64,000 bases of DNA from an uncultured delta proteobacterium (GCA_963701845.1 CAVPBF010000006.1:477084-541083); one strand, 5' to 3'; positions 35,402 through 47,654 are shown, counted from the stretch's first letter. The notes: a model not told the origin generated them from the letters alone. Program-made: numbers and translations.

Positions 35402-37444
35402 TCATCCTTCCACCAATTTCTCCACTCGAGCCTTGCCGACCTTGAACTCCGGAATCTTGGCCAGGGGGTCCACGGCTGCGGAGTTAGTCAGCACATTCGG
35501 GGGATTCTCGCCGAAATGGATGGGGAGAAAGAGGTTGCCAGGCAGTACTGACTGAGTGATTTTGGCCGGGGCCTCAATGCGGCCCCGCAAGGAGGAAATC
35601 ACCAGGATCTCGCCATTTTTTACTGCCAGCCGGCCGGCGTCTTCCGGGTTGATTTCCACGTAGCCGGTGGGCTGCTCCCGGTCCAGGGCCGGTGACACCC
35701 GGGTCATGGTGCCGGTGTGGTAATGGGCGAACATCCTGCCGGTGGTCAAGAAATAGGGGTATTCGGCGTCCGGCATCTCCGCCGGGTCCTGGTACTGGAC
35801 CGCATGCAGCTTGCCTAAGCCCCGGGTAAATCTGTCTCGGTGCAAAAATTTCGTGCCTGGATGGTCGGCGGTGGGGCAGGGCCATTGCAACCCGTCGATC
35901 CCCAACCGGGCATAAGTCATGCCAGCATAACTGGGCGTCAAGGCTGCCATCTCCCGGAAGATCTCCTCCGGGCCGGCGTAGGACATGGGATAGCCCATGG
36001 CGGTGGCCAGCCGGCAAATGATCTCCCAATCGGGCAGGCTGTGGCCCACCGGCTCGACGGCCTTATTGAGACGCAGGCAGCGCCGTTCGGTGTTGGTGAA
36101 GGTGCCGTCTTTCTCCGCCGAGGCCGCCGCGGCCAGGACCACATCGGCCCCTTGGGCCGTTTCCGACAGGAACAGGTCCTGGACGATCAAGAGATCGAGC
36201 TTTTTCATGGCATGGCGAAGGTGATTCATGTCGGGATCACTCAATTTCGGATTTTCGCCCACCACATAGAGGGCCTTGAGTTGGCCCGCGTCAATGGCCT
36301 TCACCATATCCGGGATGGTCAGCCCGGGTTTGTCGGGCAGCGGCCGGCCCCAGGCCTGGGAAAATTTGGCGTTGAGGTCGGGATTGGCCACCGGCTGATA
36401 GCCGGAAAAGACGTTGGGCAGTCCGCCCATATCACAGGCGCCCTGGACGTTGTTCTGACCGCGCAGGGGGTTGACCCCGGCGCTGGCGATGCCCACGTTG
36501 CCGGTGAGCATGGCCAGGTTGCAGACCGCCTTGACGTTGTCCACCCCCGTGGTGTGCTGAGTGATGCCCATGGCATACAACAGCGCGGCCGGCCGGTGCG
36601 TGGCGTACAGCTCGCTCATCTTTTCCAGGTCCCGGGGGTTGACGCCGGTGATCTGCTGAACCCGCTCCGGCGTATAAGCCGCCAGGGATTCCCGCAGCTC
36701 CTCGAACCCTTCGGTGCGGCCAGCGATATAGTCCTTCGCCTCCCAGCCGTTGGTTAGAATCAGGTGCATCATGCCGTTGAGCAGGGCCACGTCGCTGCCC
36801 AGCCTCTGGTTGACGGCCACGTCGGCAAAGAGGCCCAACTGAATCCGGCGGGGATCGGCCACGACCAATTTGGCCCCTCTTTCTTTGGCGCGCAAAATCC
36901 GCCGGGCGATGAGGGGATGGCAAGCCGAGGTATTGGAACCGATGATGAAGATGCAGCCGGCCTCTTCGATCTCGGCGATGGAGTTGGTCATGGCCCCACT
37001 CCCAAAGGCGGCGGTAAGACCTACCACCGTCGAGGAGTGTCAGAGACGGGCGCAGTGGTCGACATTGTTGGTGCCGACCACGGCGCGGGCGAATTTTTGC
37101 AGGAGATAATTTTCTTCATTGGTCACCTTGGCCGAAGCCAGCACCCCGACGCTGTCCGGGCCGTGCTTGGCGATCACGGCCTTGAGCTTTTCGGCGGTAA
37201 ACTTGAAGGTCCGCTCCCAGGTGACCTGGTGGAGGCGGCCGCTGATCCTCAAGCGGGGCGACTGCAGGCGCATGCCGCTGTTGACGTACTCATGCAGGTT
37301 CCAACCCTTGATACACAATTTTCCCTGATTCACGGGGTGGGTCTTGAGAGGCAGGGTGCCCAGGAGCCGGCCGTCCAGCACCTTGAAGAGCACCCCACAG
37401 CCCGTGCCGCAATAAGAACATACCGATGGAACAAGTTTATACAT
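35402..37444 (-). CDS. fdhA: formate dehydrogenase catalytic subunit, selenocysteine-containing, cytoplasmic
   Basis: ORFs 37040-37444 and 35402-37027 are in one frame, joined by the TGA at 37040-37042 in the context NNVDHCARL-U-HSSTVVGL. N-terminal CSYCGTGCG cluster, no Tat signal. SECIS-like hairpin directly downstream. Confidence 0.9.
36997..37039 (-). promoter_or_regulatory. bacterial SECIS element of fdhA
   Basis: The mRNA reads CACUCC UCGA CGGUGGUA GGUCU UACCGCCG CCUUUG GGAGUG. It forms an 8 bp upper stem with a GGUC-containing apical loop, like the E. coli fdhF SECIS, plus a 6 bp lower stem. Confidence 0.7.
37040..37042 (-). other. in-frame TGA read as selenocysteine (FdhA)
   Basis: CARL-TGA-HSS is the conserved active-site Sec/Cys position of formate dehydrogenases. 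Confidence 0.85.
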
Positions 37445-37471
37445 GACTTCTCTCCAGGCTGCGACGCCCCA

Positions 37472-38290
37472 TCAGACCGCTTCCCGATGGGCTTCGGCGG
37501 GCGCGGGAGCACTCTCGCCCAGCAGGCTGAAGGGCGGTTGCTCCCGGCTGAGGCCGGTTTCGTAACCAAACAGGTCTTGGACGATTTCGTTGCTCTTGCG
37601 GTACAACAGCCGCAAGGGGATGTCCACCGGACAGGCATCTTCGCACAAGCCGCAGTCAATGCAGCGGCCCGCCATATGCACGGCCCGGATGAGATGGAAC
37701 AATGGCACCTCCGGCGGCACCCCGCCGGTTTCCACCAGATCCCCGTGTTCCAGGGAGCATTCCTTGCAGAAGCACACCGGACAGATGTCCCGGCAGCCAT
37801 AACATTTCAGGCATTTTTGGAATTCATACATCCACTTATCAAACCGCGTCCCTTCCGCAAATTCTTCCAAGCGGGCTACTGACATATTGTTGTCGATCCC
37901 CAGCTCCAGCTTCACTTTCCCATAGGTCCGGGGCGCAAGAGTGGAGCAATCCGCGTGTTTCTTGAGCGGCGAAGGACAGCAATTGACCCCCAGGACCTCG
38001 ATCTGGCCGGGAGTGATTTGTTGATGCACCGCCAGGACATTCAGGGCCCGTTGGTTGCAGTCGCGGCCCAAAATGCCGAGTTTGAGGCCCGGCTGCTCCG
38101 CCAGGATCTCGACTGCCAGCTTTTCCAGGGGATAGCGGGCCTCACTGACCATTAACTCAGCCAATTCTCCGAGGTTGTCGCGATCAAAGGCGTACGGCAA
38201 GGGATGCCCCTCAACCAGTTTATAGCCCAGGAAGAGGTCTACCTTGCCGGTATCCAGCCACTGGCGCACCGTTTCTGTTATATCAGCCAT
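37472..38290 (-). CDS. 4Fe-4S dicluster electron-transfer protein (AsrA/sulfhydrogenase-beta-like), putative FDH partner
   Basis: 272 aa with CLKCYGCRDICPVCFCKEC and CIDCGLCEDACP motifs. Located between mvhD(Sec) and fdhA. Confidence 0.5.
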   Translation of the reverse strand: MADITETVRQWLDTGKVDLFLGYKLVEGHPLPYAFDRDNLGELAELMVSEARYPLEKLAVEILAEQPGLKLGILGRDCNQRALNVLAVHQQITPGQIEVLGVNCCPSPLKKHADCSTLAPRTYGKVKLELGIDNNMSVARLEEFAEGTRFDKWMYEFQKCLKCYGCRDICPVCFCKECSLEHGDLVETGGVPPEVPLFHLIRAVHMAGRCIDCGLCEDACPVDIPLRLLYRKSNEIVQDLFGYETGLSREQPPFSLLGESAPAPAEAHREAV

Positions 38291-38308
38291 ATCAGTTATC
38301 CCATGCAG

Positions 38309-38373
38309 GGTGCGCGCCGCGCACCATTTTCAATCTTTGATTTGAACAAGTTGGTGCGCAGTGCGCACCCTAC
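38309..38373. repeat. two REP-like palindromes inside the operon
   Basis: GGTGCGCGCCGCGCACC (38309-38325) and GGTGCGCAGTGCGCACCCTAC (38353-38373). The second overlaps the mvhD stop codon at 38370-38372. Confidence 0.8.
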
Positions 38374-38900
38374 ATCTGCCCGGCAGGCCGGCCGCAGCCA
38401 CAGCCGCCTCCCTGCCCGGCCAGGGGCGGCGGGGCTAAATCCAGGCTCTCCAAAGGCCGCTCATAGTTCCGGGCCAGGGGGTTGGGCCCCAGGTCCCGAA
38501 TCTGTTGGGTGAATTCAGTCACCACCTGGACAAACTTGTTGGCTTCGGCGGAGGAAATCCATTCCAGGCGTAATCTGCCCCCCAGGCCGACAAAGGGCAA
38601 TAATTCCTGCAAGAAGGACATCCGCTTTTTAGTCATGTGATTACCGTACAGGTAATGGCAGTCTCCCAGGTGTCAGCCGGCCACCAGGATACCGTCGGCC
38701 CCGCTCTGCAAGGCCCTCAGGATGTGATGCGGCGAGACCGTGGCGGAGCACATGACCCGGAGCAGCCGGATATTGGCCGGATACTGCAGGCGGCTGACCC
38801 CGGCCAGATCGGCGGCCCCGTAAGCGCACCAGTTGCAGACGAAGGCCAGCAGTCTGGGCTCAAAAGTTTCCACGTCCATGGCTTCTCCTTGGCGAGTCAT
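38370..38900 (-). CDS. mvhD: MvhD-like protein, selenocysteine form (VhuD-like)
   Basis: ORFs 38673-38900 and 38370-38636 share one frame: ...ADGILVAG-U(TGA 38673-38675)-HLGDCHYLYGNH.... The Cys paralog has SGCEAGSCHF at this position. Confidence 0.8.
38673..38675 (-). other. in-frame TGA read as selenocysteine (MvhD)
   Basis: Aligns with the Cys of the GC-x-G-x-CH motif in the paralog at 22978-23439. Hairpin AUUACC-UGUAC-GGUAAU lies 16 nt downstream (38640-38656). Confidence 0.7.
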
Positions 38901-41900
38901 TAGCGCGCTAAAGCAGTCTTGATCTGGGCATACATTTGCCGGTTATTGAACCCCATCAGCATGGGCGCTTCGCACGGACAGGCGGCGGCGCAGGCCCCGC
39001 AACCCTTGCAGAGGGCCTCATTAACCAGGGCTATCCCCCGCGCTGCATCAAACCTGATGGCCTGATAAGGGCAGACATTGACGCAGATCTGGCAACCGCA
39101 GCAAAGCTCCGAGGCGATGCGCGAGACCAGGCCGCTCACCTTGATGCTGCCCCGGGCCAGGACGGTGGCGGCCCGGGCCGCGGCGGCCTGCGCCTGGGCG
39201 ATGCTCTCTTCCAGCGGTTTCGGATAATGGGCCATGCCGCAGAGAAAGATGCCGTCGTTGGCAAAATCCACCGGCCGCAGCTTCTGATGGGCCTCGAGGA
39301 ACCAGCCGTCGCCATCCAGCGGCACCCGGAACATCTGCGCCAGCTGATGATCCCGGTGGGATTCGATGGCGGCTGCCAGGCAGAGGAGGTCCAGGTCCAT
39401 CTCCACCGGGCGACCCAGGATAGGATCGACAAAACTCAGGGTGAGACGTCCATCGCCACCAGTCACCACGGGTTTGTCCTGCCGGGAATAGCGGGCGAAC
39501 AGCACCCCTTCATTCCGGGCGGCGGCGTAGAGGTCTTCCCGGGGGCCATAGGTGCGCAGATCCCGGTAGAGGACGATGACGTTGGCCTCCGGGCGGCGAC
39601 GCTTCAACACCAGGGCCGCTTGCACCGAGTGGGTGCAGCAGACCTTGGAGCAATAATGATGAGTTTCGTCTCGAGAGCCGACGCATTGAATAAAGGCAAT
39701 ATTTTCAACCTTTTCCAGGCGCTGGTCCCGGCGGCGCAACAGTTCGTCCAACTCGAGCTGGGTCACCACCGCCGGGTGTTCACCGTAGAGATATTCTTGC
39801 GGCTGATATTCCTTGGCGCCGGTGGCCAGAACGGCGACGCCGTGCTCGATGAGTCGGGACGAGCCAGAGGTTCGCACCTTGGTTTGAAAATTACCGATAA
39901 AGCCCTGCACTTCGGCGATGGAGGTATTGAGATGCACCGACACCTTCGGCTCAGTTTCGACTTCTTGCGTCAACTTCTCGAGGAAGCTGCCGACATCCTC
40001 TCCCTTATAGGTATGGAGGAGCCGCCTGGCGGCGCCGCCGAGCCCAGCGCTCCGCTCCACCAAATCCACCGGATAGCCTTGCCGAGCCAGATTCAGGGCG
40101 GCGGTCATCCCGGCCACACCCCCGCCCACCACCAGGGCGGTGGGGGTCACCGGCAATTCCTCCTCGTCGAGCGGGGCCAGGAGGGCGCTTTTGGCCACCG
40201 CCATCCGCACCAGGTCCTTGGCCTTCTCCGTGGCCACCTCCGGCTCCCGGGCATGGACCCAGGAGTCCTGATTACGGATGTTGGCCATCTCGAACAGATA
40301 CTTGTTTAGACTGGCGTTAATCAGGGTTTCCTGAAACAGCGGCTCGTGGGTGCGGGGTGAACAGGCGGCCACCACTACCCGGTTCAGTCCCTGCTCGGCG
40401 ATGATTTCGCTCATCCGGTCCTGGGTGTCCTGGGAGCAGGTATAGAGGTTCTCTTCCACATGGACCACGTGGGGAAGGGTGCGGGCATACTCCGCCACTT
40501 CCGGGACCTTGATGACCCCGCCGATATTGATGCCGCAATTGCAGACGAAGACGCCGATACGCGGCGGCTCCTGAGCTACGCGGCGCTCCGGCGGATAGGT
40601 CTTGGCCTGCACCAGGGTAAAACGCTGGTCACTCAGTTCACTGGCCACGGCCCCGGCCGCGGCCGAAGCCTCCATGACCGAATAGGGGATGTCTTTGGGG
40701 CCGGCCAGGGCGCCGCACACGTAAATGCCGGGCTTTGAGGTAGCCACCGGGGCAAAGGAGGTGGCGTCGACGAAGCCGTGCCGATCCACCTCCACACCCA
40801 ACTTTTCAGCCAGGGCCCGGAAATCTTTGGGCGCCTCCAGGCCGATGGACAGGACCACCAGGTCGTAGGGTTCCTGCTGCATGACGCCGCTTTCGTCCAC
40901 GTAGGCGATCTGGACCTGTTTGGTTTCCGGGTCCGGAGGCAAAAGGGAATGCACCCGGGAGCGCACAAAGCGCACCCCTTCGTGTTTCGCCTTCTCGTAA
41001 TAGCGCTCGAAATCCTTGCCGTAGGTGCGCATGTCCATGAAGAAGATGGTGGTTTCCAGATCATCCCCGGCATGCTCCTTGGCGATGATCGCCTGTTTGA
41101 GGGCATACATGCAGCAGACGCCGGAGCAATAGGAATGCGTACCGGGCTTGGTGTCCCGGGAGCCGACGCACTGCAGCCAGGCAACCCGTTGAGGCGAGGC
41201 CTGGTCCGCCGGCCGCACCAGGTGGCCGCCGAAGGGCCCGGAGGCGCTCAGGATGCGTTCAAATTCCAGGCTGGTGACTACCGCGGGGTGCTTGCCATAG
41301 CCAAACCCACCCAGGATTTTCGGGTCGAAAGGCTGGAAACCGGCCGCCAGGACCACCGCGCCCACCTGTTTCGTCAGGATTTTCTCAGAGTCGGCCAGGT
41401 TAATGGCGCCGCTGGGGCAATGCTTTTCGCAGGCCTTGCAGGTGCCCTTCTTGAAATAGATGCAATTATCTTGATCGATGGCGTACTTCAGGGGCACGGT
41501 CTGGCTGTACTTGAGATAAATCGCCTTGCGCTTGGCCAGACCCACATTGTATTCATCGGTCACCTTCTTGGGGCATTTCTGGGCGCAGATCCCGCAGCCG
41601 ATGCACTTGGACATATCCACATAGCGGGGCTTTTGCTTGAGGATGGCCGTAAAATTGCCGGCCTCGCCGGAAAGACTTTCCAACTCGGTAAGCGTCAATA
41701 GTTCGATGTTTAAGTGCCGACCGCACTCAACCAATTTGGGCGAGATGATTCACATGGCGCAGTCATTGGTGGGGAAGGTCTTGTCCAACTGCGCCATGCT
41801 GCCGCCGATGCCGGCACTTTTTTCCACCAGATAAACGTAGAAGCCGGAATCGGCCAAATCCAGCGCCGCCTGCATCCCGGCAATACCGCCGCCGACCACC

Positions 41901-41944
41901 AACACCGCACCCAATTTCTGTCCCGGGAAAAGGGCTTCACTCAT
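38900..41944 (-). CDS. hdrA: double-module HdrA (QmoA-like FAD module plus full-length HdrA), selenocysteine-containing
   Basis: ATG at 41944 after [20 protein letters not shown](TGA 41750-41752)[12 protein letters not shown]. The downstream ORF 38900-41734 is in the same frame. HdrA signatures [24 protein letters not shown] and [20 protein letters not shown], plus C-terminal ferredoxin motifs. Confidence 0.85.
41750..41752 (-). other. in-frame TGA read as selenocysteine (HdrA)
   Basis: Occupies the second Cys position of TNDC-x-x-C (TNDCSTC in the Cys paralog at 23449-27928). Confidence 0.75.
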
Positions 41945-42145
41945 GGAACCTTCCTCCAATCGGTCTCTCCAGCAATCCCCAGGCCAGATCTACAAAATCA
42001 GCTCCCTGGCGGCTTAGGGGAACAGGGAAAATGTCCCAACCCAGCAATATCCGGGATGGGCATCAGGCGTTCTCTGCTGTCGCCATGCTTAATTATAAAA
42101 TAAGTTTCGAAATATCGCAACTAATTCAGGGGCTCGCCTGCCCGT

Positions 42146-45100
42146 CTAAAGCAAGCCCAAGGCGGCTTCGACCTGGGCCCCGATCTGCGGCAGAGAATAG
42201 CCGGCGACCTGGATCCCCTGTTTCGGACAGGTGGCCATGCAGGAGCCGCAACCCTTGCAGAGGGTTTCACTAATTTCCACCGTTTTTTTGACCTGGCCCT
42301 GTTTCATGTATTCCAGCAGGGTGATGGCCTGGAAGGGACAGCCATCCACACAAAAGGCGCAACCATCGCAATTTTCATCCATGGGGGTGGCGATGTTGGC
42401 GCCCAGTTCCAGATAATCTTTGGATAAGATGGTAGCAGCACGGGCCGCGGCAGCCAGTCCCAACCTGACCGAATCTTCCAGCGGCTTGGGGTTGTGGCAG
42501 AGGCCGGCCAGGAAGATACCCTCGGTGGCGCAGTCCACCGGCCGGATCTTGGCGTGGGCCTCGCTGAAGAAGCCTTCCTCGTTCAAGGCCACTTTGTACA
42601 TTTCAGCCAGCTGGCTATTATCCCGGGGTACGATGGCGCTGGCCAGGGTCAAAAGATCCACGGTCAACTCCACCGGCCGTTGCAGGATGTGATCCTGTAC
42701 CCGGATGCGGATTCTGCCGTCGGCCTCCTCCACCTGGGGCAGGTCATCCAGTTGGTAGCGGATGAAGATCACCCCTTTCTGGAGCGCCTGGTGATAAAGA
42801 AACTCGCGTTCGCCATAGGTCCGCATATCCCGGTAAAGAATATAGACCTCCATATCGGGATTGATCTCTTTGAACTTGAGGGCGTTGTCCACGGAACTGG
42901 TGCAGCAGACCCGACTGCAGTAAGGCCGCTCCGGAATCCGGGAGCCGACGCATTGAATGAAGGCCGCAGCCTGGGCCTTCCTGATGCGGCGGCTATTGGT
43001 AGCGATCTCCCGGTCCATATCCAGGGAGAGAAAAACGTTGGGGTTTTGCCGGTACAGGTATTGCCCGTCGGGGCGGTAGGGTTCGGCGCCGGTGGCCAGC
43101 ACCACCACGCCGTGGCGGATGAGGGCGCCGTTGCTCAGGCGGGAAGTGAAGTTGCCGACGGCGCCGCCGGCCTCGCTGACGGTGGACTCGAAGTGCACAT
43201 GGATCCGGTCGTGTTCCTGGACTCGATCGATGAGTTCATCCAGATGGGGTTTAACCTGCTCGCCCCGCCAGGTGGTGTGCAGCTTGAGGGCATGGCCGCC
43301 CAGGCGGTCGGTGCTTTCCGCCAATTCCACCCGATAGCCCTGATCCGCCAGGGCCAGGGCCGTGGTGATGCCGGAGACGCCGCCCCCCACCACCAGGGCC
43401 TGGTGATTGACCCCCACCGAGAGATATTCCAGAGGCTGGATCAACCGGGCCTTGGCCACCGCCATGTTCACCAGGTCCATGCATTTTTGGGTAGCCGCCT
43501 CCCGCTGGCCCTGGTGCACCCAGGTGCACTGATTGCGGATATTGGCCATTTCAAAGAGATACTTATTCAAGCCGGCGTTGCGGAGCATGTCTTGGAAGAT
43601 GGGCTGATGGGTGGTAGGACTGCAGGCCGCCACCACCACGCGATTAAGGTTATGCTCCCGGATCATTTGGATCATGAGGTTTTGGGCGTCTTCCGAACAG
43701 GTAAAGAGATTTTCCTGAACGTAGGCGACCTCGGGGATGTCCCGGGCATAGGCCGCCACCGCCGGCACATCGGCAATCCCGCCGATATTGATGCCGCAAT
43801 TGCAGATGAAAACGCCGATCCGGGGCGTCTCTGCGGTCACGTCCCGCTCGGGAGGGTAGACGGTCTGTTTCAGCAGGCTGCCCCGGGCCGGAGCCAGTTG
43901 CCGGGTGGCCGCAGCCGCGGCGGCGCTGCCTTCCCGCACCGATTGGGGGATATCCTTGGGACCGGTAAAGACGCCGCAGGCATAGATGCCGGGCCGGGAA
44001 GTGGCCACGGGGTCGAAGCAGCTGTGCTCCGCAAAATTGAAGCGGCTCAGCTGCACCCCCAGGGTTTCGGCCAACTCCCGGGTCGCCGGAGGAATCACCA
44101 TGCCGGTGGCCAGCACCACCAGGTCGAAGGTTTCAGCGGTGCGCTCCCCCGCCTCGGTGACATAGGCAATCCGCAGGTCCCCGCTGTCCCCCAGGGCTTC
44201 CACGCCCTGAATCCGGGAACGGATCAGGCGCGTGCCCTGGCTCTTGGCCCGCTGGAAATATTTCTCAAAGTCCTTGCGGGGCGTCCGCATGTCCATATAA
44301 AAGATCGTCATGTCCAACTGCGGGCCGACGTGTTCCCGGGCGATGAGGGTCTGCTTGAGGGAGGTCATGCAGCAGACCGACGAGCAGTACGCCTGGGAGC
44401 CTTCCCGGTCGCTGCGCGACCCCACGCACAAAATCCAGGCGATCTTTTGGGGCTCCCGGTTGTCAGACCGCCTCCGGACATGGCCCTGAAACGGCCCGCC
44501 GGGGCTCAAGAAGCGTTCGAATTCCAGGGTGGTGACCACATTGGGGTGGACGCCGTAAAGATAGTTGAGACCCCGGGGATCGAAGGGCTGAAAACCGGTG
44601 GCCAGGATGACGGAGCCGACCTCCAACTGCGTGGTTTCCGGGATCTGGCGGTGGTTCAAGGCGCCGGGCAGGCAGGCCCGCACGCACTCCCAACATTCGG
44701 AGCAGACCCCGCAATTGAGGCAGCGGCCGGCCTCGGCCTGGGCCGCTTCCGGCGTCAATCCCAGGCAGATCTCCTGGAAGCCCTGCACCCACTCCTCCAG
44801 AGGGATGGAAGGCATAGAGGCTCGGGTTTGTTTGGGCTGGTCTTTGGGGATCGGCTGCCATTTCCCACCCGCCGGCAGCCTCAGCGGGAACTGCCGTCCG
44901 TCTTTTAAGTCCTGACCGCGCAGGTAACGGTCAATGGAGATGGCCGCCTCCCGGCCGCCGGCGATGGCGGCGATGGCGATATAAGGGCCGGTAACGACGT
45001 CACCGCCGGCGAACACCCCTTTGCGGGTGGTGGCCAGGGTGTCGGGATCGGCTTTGATCAGGCCCCGGGGGGTCAGCTCAATGCCGTCGGATACGGTGAG

Positions 45101-46609
45101 AAAGCGCAGGTTGGAACTCCGCTGGCCGATGGACATGATGACGATATCGGCGTCCAGGGTTTCCAGCTGGTCTTCAAAATACTTGGGGGCGAAGCGTCCT
45201 TGCTCGTCAAAGATCTGATCCACCTTCTTCAGCCAGACGCCCTTCACCTGGCCGCCGTTGGGGAGAATCTGCTTGATGCCCCAGCGGTAGCGGATTTCGA
45301 TGCCTTCCTTGACAGTCTCTTCCAGTTCCCAGGGAGAGGCCGGCATCTCGTCGGGGCCTTCCAGGCAGACAATGGTCACCTGGGTGGCGCCTTTCCTGAG
45401 GGCGATGCGGGCCGCGTCGATGCCGACGTTACCGCCGCCGACCACCACCACCTTTTTCCCGGCGGTGGGGGCGATACCCGTGGCGGCTACTTCCTTGAGA
45501 TAGTCCGCCGCCCAGACCACCCCCTCGGTCTCGATGCCGGGCACCCGGATATGAACGGATTCCTGACAGCCGACGCTAATGAAGACCGCGGGATAGCCGT
45601 CCCGGACGATGAGGTCGCCGACGCTGCGGTCCGGGGTGATGGGCGAATTGCAGCGAATATCCACTCCCAGCCGCCGGATGTAGTCGATTTCCCGCTGCAG
45701 GACGGCCCGGGGCAACCGGTATTCCGGCACCCCGTAGCGCAGCCAGCCGCCGGGCTCGGCCGCGGCCTCGAGGATCACCGGCCGGTAGCCCATCAGGGCC
45801 AGGTGATAGGCGCAACTGAGGCCGCCCGGCCCGGAACCGATGATAGCCACCTCTTCATCCCGCTTGTCGATCTCCGGGACCGGCAGGGTATCCCAATCCA
45901 CCTGGTCGGCCACGAAACGCTTTAAGGCGCAGATCGACAGCGGTTCGTCCAGGTCCTGCCTCCGGCAGTTGACTTCGCAGGGGTGGGGGCAGATGCGCCC
46001 CAGGGTGCCGGGCAGGGGTAGTCTTTCCATGATGAGGCTGAGGGCTTCCTGAAATTTGCCCGCCTTGATCAACTGGATATAACCCTGGGCATTGACGTTG
46101 GCCGGGCAGGCGCGGATGCAGGGAGCCCGGTCGTATTTCTTGATGGCAAAGGTGGCGGGAATGGCCTGGGGATAGGCGCGGTAAATGGCCTTGCAATCGT
46201 CGAGCCCCAGATTGAAGACGTCCGGGGTGCTCACCGGACAGGCCCGGGCGCAGTCGCCGCAGCCGGTGCACTTGGAGGCGTCGACGTAGCGCGGCTCCTT
46301 TTTCAGGGTAACGGTAAACTTACCTTCCTCGCCGGAAACCTCCTGGAGTTCGGTGAGGGTGTGCAGCTCGATGTTGGTGTGCCGGCCGACCTCGACCAGC
46401 TTGGGCGAGATAATTCACATGGCGCAGTCGTTGGTGGGAAAGGTCTTGTCGATCTGCGCCATGGTGCCGCCGATGCTGGGACCTTTTTCCACCAGGTGGA
46501 CATAAAACCCTGAATTGGCAGCATCCAGCGCAGCTTGCATGCCGGCGATGCCACCGCCGACCACCATGACTGAACCACGTTTCTCCTCAAGGGGTTGGAC
46601 CGGCAACAT
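42146..46609 (-). CDS. hdrA: giant HdrA-GltD/NfnB-like-HdrA fusion (HdrL-like), selenocysteine-containing
   Basis: ATG at 46609 after [17 protein letters not shown](TGA 46415-46417)[12 protein letters not shown]. In frame with ORF 42146-46234. Central GltD-like part ([37 protein letters not shown]), then a complete HdrA module. Confidence 0.85.
46415..46417 (-). other. in-frame TGA read as selenocysteine (HdrL)
   Basis: Same TNDCAM-U-IISPKL context as at 41750-41752. Confidence 0.75.
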
Positions 46610-46689
46610 ACAATTCTCCTCTTCTGAACTCAGGTTACCGAGGCCCATGGCCCCGGGCCAGGCGGTTAGCTCCCAACATGCTGAATCCC

Positions 46690-47592
46690 CTAACTCTGTG
46701 CGGCAGTAAACGGCAGCAGACAGGAACGGACAAACCTGAGCTGTTTTTGGGTGAGATCCCCGATGTGCTCATTCAACCACGGCAAATCGCCCGAAAGGAT
46801 GGCGGTTACGGCCTCGGGGGACAGCTTATAGGCGTCCAGGGCCTCGGTCTGCATCTCGACCAAGGTCCGCCGAAACTCCTGATCTTCGGAGGTGCGATTC
46901 AGCACCCGAAAGACTTCCCGCTTCAACGCTTCATGATCCACCCCCGAGCTTTCCCGGGGCTCCACAGCTGAGGCTGTCGCGCCCTTTCTCCGCCAGGTTC
47001 TGGTCAAGATGGGTAGGAAAAAATCCTGGACCAGGGGTCGCCAGCCCAAATCCGGATAATGGCCGTAGACATCGTCGACGATGGCGCCGCCGTCCGGCAG
47101 GGTAACACCGATGGCGGTGTCCATGAGACTCAGCAACCGGTGGGACTCTTGATCGATCCAGGCGGCACTGGCCTCTCCGGATAACAAGTTGGCCAGATTG
47201 CGCTCGAGATTGGCCGGGTTAACCAAAAACAGCCAGCCCTCGCCGTAAGGATCTTCGTGGATCAGGCCGGGCTTTTGGCATACCTTGGGGTTGACTACCT
47301 CAATAGTGCCATCAACCGGCGCCAGGAACGGAGCCTTGTGTCCCTGCCTGATCTGGGCCATGAAGATGTGGTCCTGAAAATAAGTCTTGCCGACGTCAGG
47401 TAACTTGAGGCCGTCCGCCGGCCCCAGGATCTTCTGAGAGAAGTCATCCAACCCCACCCGGACCCGGCCGCCGCTTTCCGGCACTGCCCAGGCGTGGCCC
47501 CGATGCAAATAATAGATACTGGTAGGCACTTGGAAGCCGAAGACCTCCGTCATTTGAGGGCGTTCCACCGGATCGATATTTTTATTAGACAT
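46690..47592 (-). CDS. GcvH-like protein (subtype 2) with an extra C-terminal helical domain
   Basis: Start at MSNKNID (47592) after AAGGAGAG. The upstream ATG at 47643 would lie at the predicted transcription start. [62 protein letters not shown]. The roughly 90 aa tail contains [17 protein letters not shown]. Confidence 0.75.
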   Translation of the reverse strand: MSNKNIDPVERPQMTEVFGFQVPTSIYYLHRGHAWAVPESGGRVRVGLDDFSQKILGPADGLKLPDVGKTYFQDHIFMAQIRQGHKAPFLAPVDGTIEVVNPKVCQKPGLIHEDPYGEGWLFLVNPANLERNLANLLSGEASAAWIDQESHRLLSLMDTAIGVTLPDGGAIVDDVYGHYPDLGWRPLVQDFFLPILTRTWRRKGATASAVEPRESSGVDHEALKREVFRVLNRTSEDQEFRRTLVEMQTEALDAYKLSPEAVTAILSGDLPWLNEHIGDLTQKQLRFVRSCLLPFTAAQS

Positions 47593-47654
47593 TATCGGTC
47601 TCTCCTTTTGTGGTTGTTGCCAGGGTTTGGGGGCAAGAGTCAACTTCTAACGAA

